A stretch of 55,392 nucleotides of DNA from NCBI GenBank assembly GCA_039091855.1, contig JAWCLA010000002.1:1-55392 (forward strand), written 5' to 3'. How positions within the stretch are numbered: the stretch's first letter is position 1; every line of letters begins with the position of its first letter. The position numbers and the translations under genes are program-made. This document shows, one piece after another, positions 15,843 to 26,104 of the stretch. The stretch is from Candidatus Aenigmatarchaeota archaeon (GTDB lineage Archaea > Aenigmatarchaeota > Aenigmatarchaeia > QMZP01). A model generated the notes under the pieces. It saw nothing but the letters and a program-made list of their open reading frames with translations, ran no database searches and was not told the DNA's origin.

Positions 15843-16238
15843 ATGAGATTGGTTATAGCAGGTGGTGGGGGGTTTGGAGAAAGACTGGCAGAAGAGTTTT
15901 CAAAGTCAGATGATGTCATTGTAATAGAGAAGGATGAGTCAAGGGCGGATTTTCTTGGAGAAAGGCTTCAAGCGCTTGTGCTTCTTGGGGATGCCTCAGA
16001 CAAGATAATTTTAAGGCACGCGGGTGTGGAAAGGTGTGATGTGTTTGTTGCTGCAACAGGTGATGACAACACAAACTCATCCCTATGCGAGCTTGCAAAG
16101 TCTTTTGGTGTGAAAAAAATAATCTCAAGGTTGAACAATCCTGAAAATGAGGGTCTTTTCAGTGGGTCAGGGGCTGTTACAATAAACATTATGGATTGCG
16201 CGATAAAGGAGTTCAAGAGGGTATGTGGAATCAAGTAG
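15843..16238 (+). CDS. TrkA-N (NAD-binding) domain protein
   Basis: MRLVIAGGGGFGERLAEEF...VIVIEKD...VFVAATGDDNTN is a Rossmann-type TrkA N-terminal domain. It stands alone at 131 aa. Confidence 0.75.
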   Translation: MRLVIAGGGGFGERLAEEFSKSDDVIVIEKDESRADFLGERLQALVLLGDASDKIILRHAGVERCDVFVAATGDDNTNSSLCELAKSFGVKKIISRLNNPENEGLFSGSGAVTINIMDCAIKEFKRVCGIK

Positions 16239-17553
16239 TTTTGTAGAATCTTTCCCTGAGTATCTGCTCTATTTTTGGTTTTCCCATTTCCCTTATTTCA
16301 TAGGTAACTCTTGCGTATGGCTTGTTTATTTTCAGGTATCTCCCAAGGTCTATGGGTGTTCCTATAAGGACGGTGTCGCACTTTGCCCTGTTTATTGTTT
16401 CCTCAAGCTCCTTGAGCTGTTTCTTACCGTAGCCCATAGCAGGTAGGATTTTTGATAAATGCGGGTATTTTTCATAAACCTCTCTTATTGAGCCTGTTGC
16501 ATAAGGTCTTGGGTCAACTATTTTTGCCTTCAGCCTTTTGGCTTCAAGCGTTGCTGCTCCAAAAGAAAGGCCTCCGTGAGTGAGCGTTGGACCATCTCCT
16601 ACTATGAGGACCTTTTTGTTTTTCACGAGCTCTGGCTTGTCCGTTTTCTTTGGCATGTCTGCCTTTATAATTACTGCCCTTGGGTTCAGTTTTTTTGTGT
16701 TTGATATGATGGTTTGTATGTCCTTCTTCTTGGCTGTCTTTGCTTTGTTGATTATAACAACATCCGCCATCCTGAGATTGACTTCTCCGGGATAGTATGA
16801 AATTTCGTGTCCGGGTCTTCTGGCGTCAGCAATTGTTATGAGAAGGGATGGTTTAAAAAACGGGGTGTCGTTGTTCCCACCGTCCCAAACTATTATATCA
16901 GCCTCTTTCTCCGCTTCTTTGAGTATTTTGGCATAATCGACCCCTGAATAAACTATCGTTCCTTCCCTTATGTGCGGCTCGTATTCCTCTATTTCCTCGA
17001 TGGTGCAGTTCTGTGACTCCAAATCATCGAGGGATGAAAATCTCTGGAAGACCTGATTTCTGAGGTCTCCGTATGGCATAGGGTGTCGGACCACAGCAAC
17101 CTTGTATCCGAGCTTTTTCAGTATTCTGCAAACCTTTCTTGAGAGTGGGCTTTTTCCTGCTCCTGTGCGCACTGCGCATATGGCAACCACTGGTTTTTTT
17201 GTTTTCAGCATGGTGGCTTTTGGTCCCATAAGCCTGAAGTCTGCTCCCAATGAAAGGGCAAGGCTTGCCTTTTCCATAACCTCCTGGTGAGAGAGGTCGC
17301 TGTATGCGAGAACCGCCTCGTCTATATGCCCCTTTTTTATGATATCAGGCAGTTTTTCCTCAGGATGGATAGGTATTCCTCTCGGATAAAGTTTTCCAGC
17401 AAGCTCCTTTGGATATCTTCTTCTGGATATGTTGGGTATCTGGGAAGCAGTAAAGGCAATCACCTGATAGTGCGGATTGTTGCGAAAGAAAACGTTGAAA
17501 TTGTGAAAGTCCCTTCCAGCGGCTCCCATTATGACTACTTTCCTTCTTTTCAT
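16231..17553 (-). CDS. COG2403-type P-loop protein (predicted GTPase family)
   Basis: VVIMGAAGRDFHNFNVFFRNNPHYQVIAFTASQIP is the N-terminus I associate with the archaeal 'predicted GTPase' COG2403 family. Contains a P-loop-like RTGAGKSP. The function is not established. Confidence 0.55.
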   Translation of the reverse strand: MKRRKVVIMGAAGRDFHNFNVFFRNNPHYQVIAFTASQIPNISRRRYPKELAGKLYPRGIPIHPEEKLPDIIKKGHIDEAVLAYSDLSHQEVMEKASLALSLGADFRLMGPKATMLKTKKPVVAICAVRTGAGKSPLSRKVCRILKKLGYKVAVVRHPMPYGDLRNQVFQRFSSLDDLESQNCTIEEIEEYEPHIREGTIVYSGVDYAKILKEAEKEADIIVWDGGNNDTPFFKPSLLITIADARRPGHEISYYPGEVNLRMADVVIINKAKTAKKKDIQTIISNTKKLNPRAVIIKADMPKKTDKPELVKNKKVLIVGDGPTLTHGGLSFGAATLEAKRLKAKIVDPRPYATGSIREVYEKYPHLSKILPAMGYGKKQLKELEETINRAKCDTVLIGTPIDLGRYLKINKPYARVTYEIREMGKPKIEQILRERFYKTT

Positions 17554-17556
17554 ATT

Positions 17557-18411
17557 CTAAATATTTTTTATTACGAGAGGTATTTTTCCAACAAGCTCTG
17601 AGGCTAACAGGCCAGGACCTTTTTCTTTTGATAAAAGGTCTCCTGCTGCGCCGTTTATGTAGGCGGATGCGCAGGCTGCTGTAAAAGGATCGAATTTCAT
17701 TCCCAAGAGGGCACCGCATATTCCTGCAAGCGTGTCTCCTGTTCCGCCTTTTGTCATGTTTGGGTTTCCTGTCTTGTTGTGCATAACCCTTTCGCCATCG
17801 GATATTATGTCTGTATGTCCCTTGAGAAGAATTGTGGTTTTTAGCTTTTGCGCAAAAACCCTGACCATTTCTGTCCTGCTGCTCAATTCCTGTCCGGGCT
17901 CCTGCCTTGTGAGAGCAAAAAATTCCCTTTGGTGCGGGGTTAAAACAAAAGGCTTTCCTGCAATAATTTTCGGGCTTGAAGCCACTGCGTGAATAGCGTC
18001 AGCGTCTATCACACAGGGAATTTTTATTGATTTCAGGAAGGAGTGGATAAAAGAGAATGTCTCATTTCTCCTTTCAATGCCTCCCCCTATAACAACAGAG
18101 TCTGTGATTTTTGCTATTTCAAGAACTTGCTTCAGATGGGACGGGTTTATGTATTCGCCATAAAGAGGCTCTGTTATGATATCAGGCGAGAAGGAAGCTA
18201 TTATGTTGGCAGCTCTTTCTGGAGCTGCAACTGTGACAAGGTCGCTTCCGGAGCGGTATGCAGCAAGAGCGGCAAGGGCAGGGGAGCCGGAATACTTTCT
18301 GGAGCCACCTATCACAAGCACGTGACCGAAATTTCCCTTGTGGCTCCATTCAGGCCTTCGGACATAGATTTTTTTTAGAATTTCTCTTGAAACCGTCTGG
18401 AAAGATTTCAT
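17557..18411 (-). CDS. nnrD: ADP/ATP-dependent NAD(P)H-hydrate dehydratase (YjeF C-terminal / carbohydrate kinase family)
   Basis: GHVLVIGGSRKYSGSPALAALAAYRSGSDLVTVAAP and GGTGDTLAGI motifs. Confidence 0.8.
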   Translation of the reverse strand: MKSFQTVSREILKKIYVRRPEWSHKGNFGHVLVIGGSRKYSGSPALAALAAYRSGSDLVTVAAPERAANIIASFSPDIITEPLYGEYINPSHLKQVLEIAKITDSVVIGGGIERRNETFSFIHSFLKSIKIPCVIDADAIHAVASSPKIIAGKPFVLTPHQREFFALTRQEPGQELSSRTEMVRVFAQKLKTTILLKGHTDIISDGERVMHNKTGNPNMTKGGTGDTLAGICGALLGMKFDPFTAACASAYINGAAGDLLSKEKGPGLLASELVGKIPLVIKNI

Positions 18412-19097
18412 TCTATCACTGTTCCCTTGAATTTCTTTCCTGAAAGGAAGTTCTCAATGTTTTTGAAATCCCTTCCGTTCATTATCACGACCTTTAATCC
18501 AAGTTTCTGCGCCTCTCTTGAGGCAACAGGATCGAAAGGGGCATTAAGTCCTGGTTCCCATTTGTTTCCAACAATCTTTCTGAACTCCTTCCAGGAAATT
18601 TTTTCAATAGGTTCTGCGGAATTGTCTTTTTTCGGATCAGATGTGTAAACATAGTCTATGTTAGATAAGTTTAGTATTGTCTTTGCTTTAAACCTTCCTG
18701 CCAGCAGGACTGCATCATAGTCCGTGCTGCAACCGGGCTTCCATCCCGCTGCTATTATTACAGGTTTTTTTGTCCTTACAGGTTTAGTTGGGTTTTTTAT
18801 TACAGCAGGATGCGAGACGTTCCTGAATATAGTCCTGAGCAGGTGGGCATTAAGCCTTGTTGAGTGAATCCCAAGCCAGTCAAGGTCTTCCCTATGCAAA
18901 TATGCTATTTCTGATGCTGCGTTTTGATAGTTTCTTGCTGTTTTGCCCCCTCCTGTTATTATTATGAACCTTCTGCCTTTTTTTATTTGATTTAATATCA
19001 GTGAACGGAGCTGTTTTAGGAAATCTGTGTCTATCCCTTCAGGCACTATCAAAGAGCCTCCAAGCGAGATTACAAAAAATTCCCTTTTGGTTTTCAT
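18408..19097 (-). CDS. pyrH: Uridylate (UMP) kinase, archaeal type
   Basis: FVISLGGSLIVPEG, IIITGGGKTARNY, AAGWKPGCSTDYDAVLLA, YTSDPKKD, and a tail ending GTVIE. Colinear with archaeal PyrH. 4-nt overlaps with both neighbours suggest an operon. Confidence 0.8.
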   Translation of the reverse strand: MKTKREFFVISLGGSLIVPEGIDTDFLKQLRSLILNQIKKGRRFIIITGGGKTARNYQNAASEIAYLHREDLDWLGIHSTRLNAHLLRTIFRNVSHPAVIKNPTKPVRTKKPVIIAAGWKPGCSTDYDAVLLAGRFKAKTILNLSNIDYVYTSDPKKDNSAEPIEKISWKEFRKIVGNKWEPGLNAPFDPVASREAQKLGLKVVIMNGRDFKNIENFLSGKKFKGTVIE

Positions 19098-20023
19098 ATC
19101 CAGCGCTTCCTCCTGAAGTATAAAACCATAATGAAGGTTATTATTCCCATAAGCAGAAGAACTATGTAGTACATAAAGTCAAAGTGGGATTCCGGGATGT
19201 TAAGGTTCATTCCATAGATTCCTGTAAGAACAGTAAGAGGCATCATTATTGTAGCCACTATTGTGAGGGCCTTCATAACCTCGTTCATTCGATTTGAAAC
19301 AAGAGATAGATGGACTTCAAGAGTGTTTGAGAGGATTTCCCTGTAGTCATCTATTGACTCGTTTATCCTGATTGTGTGGTCATAGATGTCTCTGAAATAT
19401 GCAGAAGCTGATTCAGTTATGAATGGAAAGTTTTTCTGTGTAAGTATAAGCACAACTTCTTTCTGTGGAGCAACCCTCTTTTTTATGAGAAGTAACTGTC
19501 GTTTAAGACGGAAAAGCCTTCCTAATACCTTGTGGTCTATGTTCCTGTAAACCTCCTCCTCAAGCTCGTCTATCTGCTCCTCTATCTCCTCAAGAACAGG
19601 AAAGTAAAGGTCTACCTCAACATCCATAAGGTGATGAAGTAGAAAGTCTGGGCCTTTTGAAAGAAGGAAGTGTAGTTTTTTCTTGTCTGATTTTAACGAA
19701 TCAAAGCTTGGAATTTTTTCCTTGTGGATTGTCAAAAGGAAGTTCTTTCCTATGATAAAGTTCATCTGAAAGTCTATAGGTCCTTTTTTTCCAGAAACAA
19801 TACCGTATGTTATAATAAAGACATACTCTGGAAACTGCTCTATCTTAACCCTGTTTCCTGTTTTTGAGCAGTCCTCCAAAGTCAAGCTATGAAGAGGGAA
19901 TGATTCAGCGAGTTTTTCGAGGTCCTCCTTTGATGGGTTTGTGACGTCAACCCATATTCTATTGCTTGTTTTGAGGTTTTTTGATGGCTTCACTTCCCTG
20001 TTAAGAACAAACGCTTCTATCAT
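19094..20023 (-). CDS. corA: Magnesium/cobalt transporter CorA
   Basis: GIYGMNL (the GMN motif) between two C-terminal TM helices. Size of 309 aa is typical. Confidence 0.85.
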   Translation of the reverse strand: MIEAFVLNREVKPSKNLKTSNRIWVDVTNPSKEDLEKLAESFPLHSLTLEDCSKTGNRVKIEQFPEYVFIITYGIVSGKKGPIDFQMNFIIGKNFLLTIHKEKIPSFDSLKSDKKKLHFLLSKGPDFLLHHLMDVEVDLYFPVLEEIEEQIDELEEEVYRNIDHKVLGRLFRLKRQLLLIKKRVAPQKEVVLILTQKNFPFITESASAYFRDIYDHTIRINESIDDYREILSNTLEVHLSLVSNRMNEVMKALTIVATIMMPLTVLTGIYGMNLNIPESHFDFMYYIVLLLMGIITFIMVLYFRRKRWI

Positions 20024-20037
20024 AATGCTCCTGTGTG

Positions 20038-21501
20038 CTATTCCGTGTCTATCTGGGCTTTTTGAAGACGTCCTGAATAGTCAAAATAAACTGTTTTTAC
20101 TTCTGAAAATTCGTCTATTCCCAATATACCCGCCTCCCGGCAGTTTCCTGTCTGCTTTATACCACCAAAAGGCAGATGGACTTCTGCCCCTATTGTGCTG
20201 GAATTTACATAAGTTATTCCTGCCTCTATTCCTTCTATTGCCTTGAATGCGGAGCGAATGGATGATGTGTAAATTGAAGAGCTCAGTCCATAGGAGACGG
20301 AGTTCATAACCTCTATGGCTTCTGAAAGGTCTTTTACAGGAATTATGCAGACTGTTGGCCCGAAGATTTCCTCCTGGCATATTCTCATATTGTAAGTGCA
20401 GTCTGTGAAAAGTGTTGGCTGATAGAAAAATCCCTTTCCCTTCACAGGGCTTCCACCAAAGAGAAGTTTTGCGCCTTCTTTTAGCCCTATTTCCGTGTAT
20501 TTATGGACTTTTTCCACTGCTGCTTTGTTTATTAAAGGTCCAACATCTGTTTTTGGGTCAAGCCCGCTGCCGAGGCGAAGCTTGGAAACCCTTTCCAAAA
20601 GCGCCTTCTCGAGCCTTTCTTTTATTGATTGCTGGACTATAACTCGTGAAGCGGCAGTGCATCTCTGTCCTGTTGTTCCATAGCCGCCCCATATAATTCC
20701 ATCAACTGCAAGGTTAAGATCTGCATCTTCCAAAACTATTACGCCGTTCTTTCCGCCTAGTTCAAGTCCTACTTTCTTTATTCCTGCCTCTTTAGTGATT
20801 TGGAGTCCTGTTTCTCTGGAGCCCGTAAAGGAAATGCAGCGGACTGAGTTGTGGCGTACCAAAGGAAGCCCTGCGTGTTCCCCAGAGCCTGTTACAAGGT
20901 TAATAACCCCTGGTGGAATTCCTGCCTTCTGGAGAATTTCAACCAGTTTTATTGCACAAAGCGGCGTGTCCGATGCTGGCTTGAATACAACTGTGTTGCC
21001 ACATATAAGGGCGGGCATAAGCTTCCAGGCAGGTATTGCTATCGGGAAGTTCCAAGGGGTTATAAGGCCGCAAACTCCTATCGGCCTGCGGACTGTCATG
21101 CAGAACTTGTCCCTAAGCTCTGATGGTGTTGTGTGACCAAAAAGGCGCCTTCCCTCTCCTGCCATGTATTCTGTAATATCTATGGCTTCCTGAACATCTC
21201 CTCTTGCCTCTGATATCACTTTGCCCATTTCTGTTGAGACGAGTTTTGCGAGACATTCCTTGTTCTGGCGAAGCAGTGATGCTGCTCTTAACAAAATTTC
21301 TCCCCTTTTTGGAGCCGGCGTAGAGCTCCATCCTTCAAAAGCCCGCTCTGCGGCGTCAACAGCAAGATTTATGTCACTCTCGTTTCCTGACTGGAAATAA
21401 CCAATAACCTGCCCTGTTGCGGGGTTCAGGCTTGGGAATGTTTCGCCTGAATTTGATTTTACCCACTTTCCATCTATCAGGATTTTATATGTTTTTGCCA
21501 T
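20038..21501 (-). CDS. NAD(P)+-dependent aldehyde dehydrogenase family protein
   Basis: FTGSRETG, ELGGKNG, GQRCTAASR and EEIFGP motifs. The substrate cannot be assigned. Confidence 0.85.
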   Translation of the reverse strand: MAKTYKILIDGKWVKSNSGETFPSLNPATGQVIGYFQSGNESDINLAVDAAERAFEGWSSTPAPKRGEILLRAASLLRQNKECLAKLVSTEMGKVISEARGDVQEAIDITEYMAGEGRRLFGHTTPSELRDKFCMTVRRPIGVCGLITPWNFPIAIPAWKLMPALICGNTVVFKPASDTPLCAIKLVEILQKAGIPPGVINLVTGSGEHAGLPLVRHNSVRCISFTGSRETGLQITKEAGIKKVGLELGGKNGVIVLEDADLNLAVDGIIWGGYGTTGQRCTAASRVIVQQSIKERLEKALLERVSKLRLGSGLDPKTDVGPLINKAAVEKVHKYTEIGLKEGAKLLFGGSPVKGKGFFYQPTLFTDCTYNMRICQEEIFGPTVCIIPVKDLSEAIEVMNSVSYGLSSSIYTSSIRSAFKAIEGIEAGITYVNSSTIGAEVHLPFGGIKQTGNCREAGILGIDEFSEVKTVYFDYSGRLQKAQIDTE

Positions 21502-22881
21502 TCATTTCCTCTTTTTGTTCACACGGGTTCCCTGCTCGTAAAGTGCCCTCAGTGATTCTGCTGCCCTTTCAGGATAGGAAAAGCAGGGAACTCCAAAGTC
21601 TTCAAGGGATTTTTTAAGGACCTCTGTGTATCTGCCTCCTGCTGCTATAACGATAAGTGGCTTCTGCTTTCTTTCCGAGATTGCAGAAACCACATCAACT
21701 ATGTCAGGAGTGAGAGTTGGTATCTGGAAAAGTATTATAACAGCTACCATATCAACATTCGGGTCTTCCATTGCAGTTTCTATTGCTATTTTGTATCTAT
21801 CCGTGCTGGCGTCTCCTGTGAGGTCTATTGGATTCTTTATTATAGCATGGGGTGGACATGCATTTTTTATCTTGTTTATGTTCTCCTGCTTCATCTTTGC
21901 AAGTTTTAGGTTGTTTTTTATGAGCCAGTCTGTTGTCATAACACCATAGCCACCACCGTCAGTTATTATCTGTACCCTGTCGCCTTTTGGAACTGGCTGT
22001 GTTGACAAAACCCTTGCGAAATCAAAAACCTGCTCAAGGTCTGTTGCCTGTATCAGTCCTGCCTGCCTGAATGCAGTTGAATAAATCTCTGATGTGCCTG
22101 CAAGTGAACCTGTGTGAGAGGCAACAGCCTCCGTTCCTTCCTCTGTCGTGCCTCCTTTAAGGACTATGATGGGTTTTTTGTGCGAGACCTTTCGCGCTAT
22201 TTCATAGAACTTTCTTCCTTCCTTTACTCCCTCAAAATATGCGCATATGACCTCTGTTTCCCTGTCTTGGGCAAGATATTCTATAAGGTCTGCCTCGTCA
22301 ACGTCTGTTGCGTTTCCATAGGAGATGAATTTTGATATCTTGTATCCCTTCATTGCCATCCAGTCGAGGATGACAGATCCTAATGCCCCTGATTGCGAGA
22401 TAAAGGCTATCTTTCCGCAGCCCGGTCTTTCAAGCTTGTATCTTGGGAGGAAAAAAGTGTCCACATTGGAATATGGGTCGTAAACGCCTATGCAGTTCGG
22501 TCCTATTGCCCTCATCCTGTATTTTTTCAATATTCTTGAAACCTCGTTTTCAAGCTCTGTGTTTCCTATTTCCTTGAAGCCACCTGAAATTATTATCGCT
22601 GCCGGGATTTTCTTTTTTCCACACTCTTCAAGGACGTTTGGGACTATTGGTGCAGGAACTGTTATAACAGCAAGGTCAATTTTTTCACCCACCTCAAGAA
22701 CAGTTGGGTGGCATTTGTGCCCAAAGAGCTCCTCTGCGTTTGGGTTTATTGGGAAAATCTTTCCAGAAAACTTTCCTTCTACAAAGTTTCGGAAAATAAC
22801 GTGGCCTATTTTTTTCGGGTCTCTGGAAGCTCCTATTATGGCAACTGACTTTGGGTTGAAGAAATAATCAAGCTGGTTCAT
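21502..22881 (-). CDS. acdA: Acetate--CoA ligase (ADP-forming), alpha subunit
   Basis: FFNPKSVAIIGASRDPKKIGHVIFRN, ISQSGALG, ASHTGSLAG. Colinear with Pyrococcus ACS alpha (about 460 aa). Confidence 0.8.
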   Translation of the reverse strand: MNQLDYFFNPKSVAIIGASRDPKKIGHVIFRNFVEGKFSGKIFPINPNAEELFGHKCHPTVLEVGEKIDLAVITVPAPIVPNVLEECGKKKIPAAIIISGGFKEIGNTELENEVSRILKKYRMRAIGPNCIGVYDPYSNVDTFFLPRYKLERPGCGKIAFISQSGALGSVILDWMAMKGYKISKFISYGNATDVDEADLIEYLAQDRETEVICAYFEGVKEGRKFYEIARKVSHKKPIIVLKGGTTEEGTEAVASHTGSLAGTSEIYSTAFRQAGLIQATDLEQVFDFARVLSTQPVPKGDRVQIITDGGGYGVMTTDWLIKNNLKLAKMKQENINKIKNACPPHAIIKNPIDLTGDASTDRYKIAIETAMEDPNVDMVAVIILFQIPTLTPDIVDVVSAISERKQKPLIVIAAGGRYTEVLKKSLEDFGVPCFSYPERAAESLRALYEQGTRVNKKRK

Positions 22882-22940
22882 AATATTTAGTGGGTTTGTC
22901 TTTTATTAAAGGATTTTATAAAAGAAAACAAAAATTGGAT

Positions 22941-24107
22941 ATGCGAAGAATAATGTCTGAGAGGGAAGAGGAGCTTCCTGTCCTCACGATAGGTAAATTA
23001 CTCAAGATTGCCGAGGAGGATGAAAGGATTATTTCTTTGGGTCCTGGTGAGCCTGATTTTACTGCACCTAAAAACATAATTAAGGCAGCAAAAAGGGCTC
23101 TTGACAAGGGATTTACTCATTACTCTCCTGCTGGCGGAAGGTCTGACTTAAAGGAGGCTATAATAAGAAAGCTGAGAAGGGAAAACAAGATTAATGCAGG
23201 ACCAGAGAACATTGTTGTGACAACAGGCTCAACAGAGGCAATAATGCTTGCTCTTATGTGCACAATTGACCCGGGGGAAGGGGTGATGTATCCTGACCCT
23301 GGGTTTTTGGCTTACAAACCGAGTATAGAGGTGTTGAGTGGCATGCCAATTCCTGTTCCTCTTTACGAGGAGGACGGCTTTCAGATTGATGTGGAAAGGA
23401 TGGAGAAGGCGATAATACCTGAAAAAACAAACGCTATGATAATAAACACGCCATCAAATCCGACAGGAGCGGTTTACAATAAAAAAACGCTGGAAGAGGT
23501 TGCTGGCTTTGCTATAGAGTATGACCTTCTTATAATATCTGACGAGGCTTACGAGAAGCTGGTTTATGGAGATGCGAGGCATGTTTCTATCGGCTCTCTA
23601 AACGGCATGGAGGACAGGGTTCTTACTCTTCACTCTTTCTCGAAAACTTACGCTATGCCTGGATTCAGGCTTGGATATGCCGTGGGGAATGAGAAGCTTA
23701 TATCCGCAATGACAAAGCTTCATATTTTCACTTCGCTTTGCGCGCCCACTGTTTCTCAGGTTGCTGGAATAGAGGCTTTGAACAACTCTCAATATTCGGT
23801 TAAAATAATGGTAAAGGAGTATGACAGAAGGAGGAGGATGATAGTAAAAAGGCTCAATGAGATTCCTGGTTTCAGGTGCGTTGAGCCAAAAGGGGCTTTT
23901 TATGCATTCCCCAACATTTCATACTATAAAATGAAGTCTTACAGGTTTGCAGAGTGGCTTCTGAAAAATGCAAAGGTTGCTGTTGCTCCTGGAACAGAAT
24001 TTGGGAGGATGGGTGAAGGTTTCATAAGATGTTCGTATGCAACCGGATATGAAAAAATAGAGAAGGCTATGGATAAAATAGAAAGGGCTGTGAAAAAACT
24101 GCACTAG
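22941..24107 (+). CDS. Class I/II pyridoxal-phosphate aminotransferase (aspartate aminotransferase-like)
   Basis: GEPDF, NPTGAVY, and SFSKTYAMPGFRLGY (the PLP lysine box). I chose ATG 22941; the track's GTG 22890 would begin only 9 nt from the divergently transcribed acdA start at 22881. Confidence 0.8.
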   Translation: MRRIMSEREEELPVLTIGKLLKIAEEDERIISLGPGEPDFTAPKNIIKAAKRALDKGFTHYSPAGGRSDLKEAIIRKLRRENKINAGPENIVVTTGSTEAIMLALMCTIDPGEGVMYPDPGFLAYKPSIEVLSGMPIPVPLYEEDGFQIDVERMEKAIIPEKTNAMIINTPSNPTGAVYNKKTLEEVAGFAIEYDLLIISDEAYEKLVYGDARHVSIGSLNGMEDRVLTLHSFSKTYAMPGFRLGYAVGNEKLISAMTKLHIFTSLCAPTVSQVAGIEALNNSQYSVKIMVKEYDRRRRMIVKRLNEIPGFRCVEPKGAFYAFPNISYYKMKSYRFAEWLLKNAKVAVAPGTEFGRMGEGFIRCSYATGYEKIEKAMDKIERAVKKLH

Positions 24108-24535
24108 ATTTTTGGGTATTTTGTGATTATTTTTGTAAGCTCCTTTATCCTTTCTTCCGGTATTGCTGGTTTTATTGTGATGTTGAGGCGCTCTTTTCCT
24201 GGTTTTTTTATGAGATATGGCTCTATCTCATCATCGGATTTTCCTGTTTTTTCCTTGAATTCCTTTATACCAACCTTAATTAATCCCATCTTGTAAAGCT
24301 CTTCAAGCGTGAATTCTTCCAGAACTTTTTCCAGATTTAGATCGCTAATCTCTGGTAAAAGCAGCTCAGCGTCAACTGTCTTGCTTTTGTATTTATTTAT
24401 TCCTCTGGCTTTGAACTCATTTTTAACATCTTCCGTAAGCGTTTCGTCTTCCCTTTCAAGATAATTTTTTATCTGCCTGACATATTTGATGTACTTAAGA
24501 CTTTCCCTTAGTTTCCTGTCACTCATTCCTTTCAT
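24104..24535 (-). CDS. Hypothetical charged (Lys/Glu-rich) protein
   Basis: 143-aa ORF with no recognisable motif. Its stop overlaps the aminotransferase stop region. Confidence 0.45.
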   Translation of the reverse strand: MKGMSDRKLRESLKYIKYVRQIKNYLEREDETLTEDVKNEFKARGINKYKSKTVDAELLLPEISDLNLEKVLEEFTLEELYKMGLIKVGIKEFKEKTGKSDDEIEPYLIKKPGKERLNITIKPAIPEERIKELTKIITKYPKI

Positions 24536-24565
24536 ATTTTTCTCTTTTTTTGAATCTATTTAAGC

Positions 24566-24898
24566 GTGACCCTATCAAATATCATCTGTCAGAAAGGCGG
24601 GAGTATGGCAAAACGATTTTACAGGAACACAAGAATAAATGCAGTTAAGATTTTCAGGGTTTTAAAGCAGGCATACATGGAGGACAGGGGACCCATAACA
24701 GTTAGTGAGATCGCGAGGCTTACAGGACTGCACAAATGGTCTGTTTCCAGGACTATAGATGTTTGGCTTCATCCCTTCGTGGAAAGTGTTGTTGTGGAAG
24801 AGTTGGAACAGGTTGGGTTGAGGATAAAGCTGGTGAGATTAAAGAATCCGGATATGACGGAGGAGCAGCTTCTAAAGGGATTGAATGTAAGGCTGTGA
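24566..24898 (+). CDS. Small winged-helix DNA-binding protein
   Basis: GPITVSEIARLTGLHKWSVSRTID is an HTH-like segment. The more likely start is ATG 24605 (MAKRFYRN). Confidence 0.5.
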   Translation: MTLSNIICQKGGSMAKRFYRNTRINAVKIFRVLKQAYMEDRGPITVSEIARLTGLHKWSVSRTIDVWLHPFVESVVVEELEQVGLRIKLVRLKNPDMTEEQLLKGLNVRL

Positions 24899-24900
24899 GA

Positions 24901-25275
24901 TTATTTGAAGTCCAGCGCATTCAGGACATTCTCCATTGGTAGCCAGTTCTCCTCTTCATAGTGGTTTTTTTCCGCATCTTCAAGACGTAGGAAGAGCCAC
25001 TTCCCACCAGGCTTTTTCCAGGCTATGAAGCCGATTGCCTGAGCCTTGTCAACCCATTCTCGGAAATGGGCAAGTTGTTTTTTGCTTGGTTTCGGGAGTT
25101 TGTCCCAAGCCTTGCATTCTATCGCAATAACAAGCCCTTTTTTTATTGCTATTATATCAAGTGGGGAAAGGAAGCCTCCACTGGACGGGACCCTAGCAAC
25201 CGCGAATCCCTTATAGTTAAGAAAATGAATCAACTCTCTTTCAAATCTGGAACCTTTCGCATAGGTTTTGATCAT
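24901..25275 (-). CDS. hjc: Holliday junction resolvase Hjc
   Basis: KGSRFERELIHFLNYKGFAVARVPSSGG...LDIIAIKKGLVIAIECK matches the Hjc catalytic core (E..., D, E-x-K). Confidence 0.8.
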   Translation of the reverse strand: MIKTYAKGSRFERELIHFLNYKGFAVARVPSSGGFLSPLDIIAIKKGLVIAIECKAWDKLPKPSKKQLAHFREWVDKAQAIGFIAWKKPGGKWLFLRLEDAEKNHYEEENWLPMENVLNALDFK

Positions 25276-25371
25276 AATTTGTTTTTGGTTGGGGGGTTTA
25301 TATTGAAGTTTAATAACAGCGTTATAATGGCAAAAGGTAAATTTATAAATATTAAAAGTTAATTATCGAAT

Positions 25372-26097
25372 ATGGATAATTTAACTGACGAATTTGCAAT
25401 CGCAAAAAAGGAACTGGCAAAGGATATAGTTGGTGAGATTGTTCTATCTGAAAACTCGGACAAAGTGATCAGAAAGTGGAGAACTATTTTCAAAATATCG
25501 CAAAAAAGGCTTGCAAAAGAGCTTGGAATAACTTCTTCTGTAATCTCTGATTACGAATCAGGGAGAAGAAAGTCTCCTGGAATAAAAATGATAAAAAGGT
25601 ACGTTGAGGCGCTTTTAAATATAGACGCCGCAAGGGGTGGAAATATCATAAGGAGCTTTGTAAAGTCAAATAAGGAACAGCCTCTTTCAAGTGCGATAAT
25701 GGACATAAAGGAGTTTTCTGGGGGATTAAGCATACAGGATTTCTGCAAGAAGATAGATGCTGAAGTTATCACTAAAAGTGCCACATTAGATAAAGAGATA
25801 TATGGCTATACTATAATAGACTCATTAAAGGCGATAACAGAGCTTTCCTATTCAGAGCTTGTTAAACTTTACGGAATGACTACCCAAAGGGCTTTGATTT
25901 TTACAAAAGTAACGACCGGGAAAACACCTATGGTTGCAATAAAACTTACTAACCTTCATCCGGCCCTTGTGGTGCTTCACAGCCCTGAAACAGTTGATGA
26001 TGTTGCAAAAAGGATAGCAGAGGTTGAGAACATACCGTTAGCGGTTTCTAGGGTTGAAAATGTTGAAAAAATAATGGAAAGGTTGAAGGAGATTTGA
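25372..26097 (+). CDS. XRE-type HTH transcriptional regulator, archaeal (COG1395-like)
   Basis: ISQKRLAKELGITSSVISDYESGRRKSPG is an HTH_3-type motif. It is followed by a domain of about 150 aa of unknown function. Confidence 0.6.
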   Translation: MDNLTDEFAIAKKELAKDIVGEIVLSENSDKVIRKWRTIFKISQKRLAKELGITSSVISDYESGRRKSPGIKMIKRYVEALLNIDAARGGNIIRSFVKSNKEQPLSSAIMDIKEFSGGLSIQDFCKKIDAEVITKSATLDKEIYGYTIIDSLKAITELSYSELVKLYGMTTQRALIFTKVTTGKTPMVAIKLTNLHPALVVLHSPETVDDVAKRIAEVENIPLAVSRVENVEKIMERLKEI

Positions 26098-26104
26098 TTT
26101 CCAA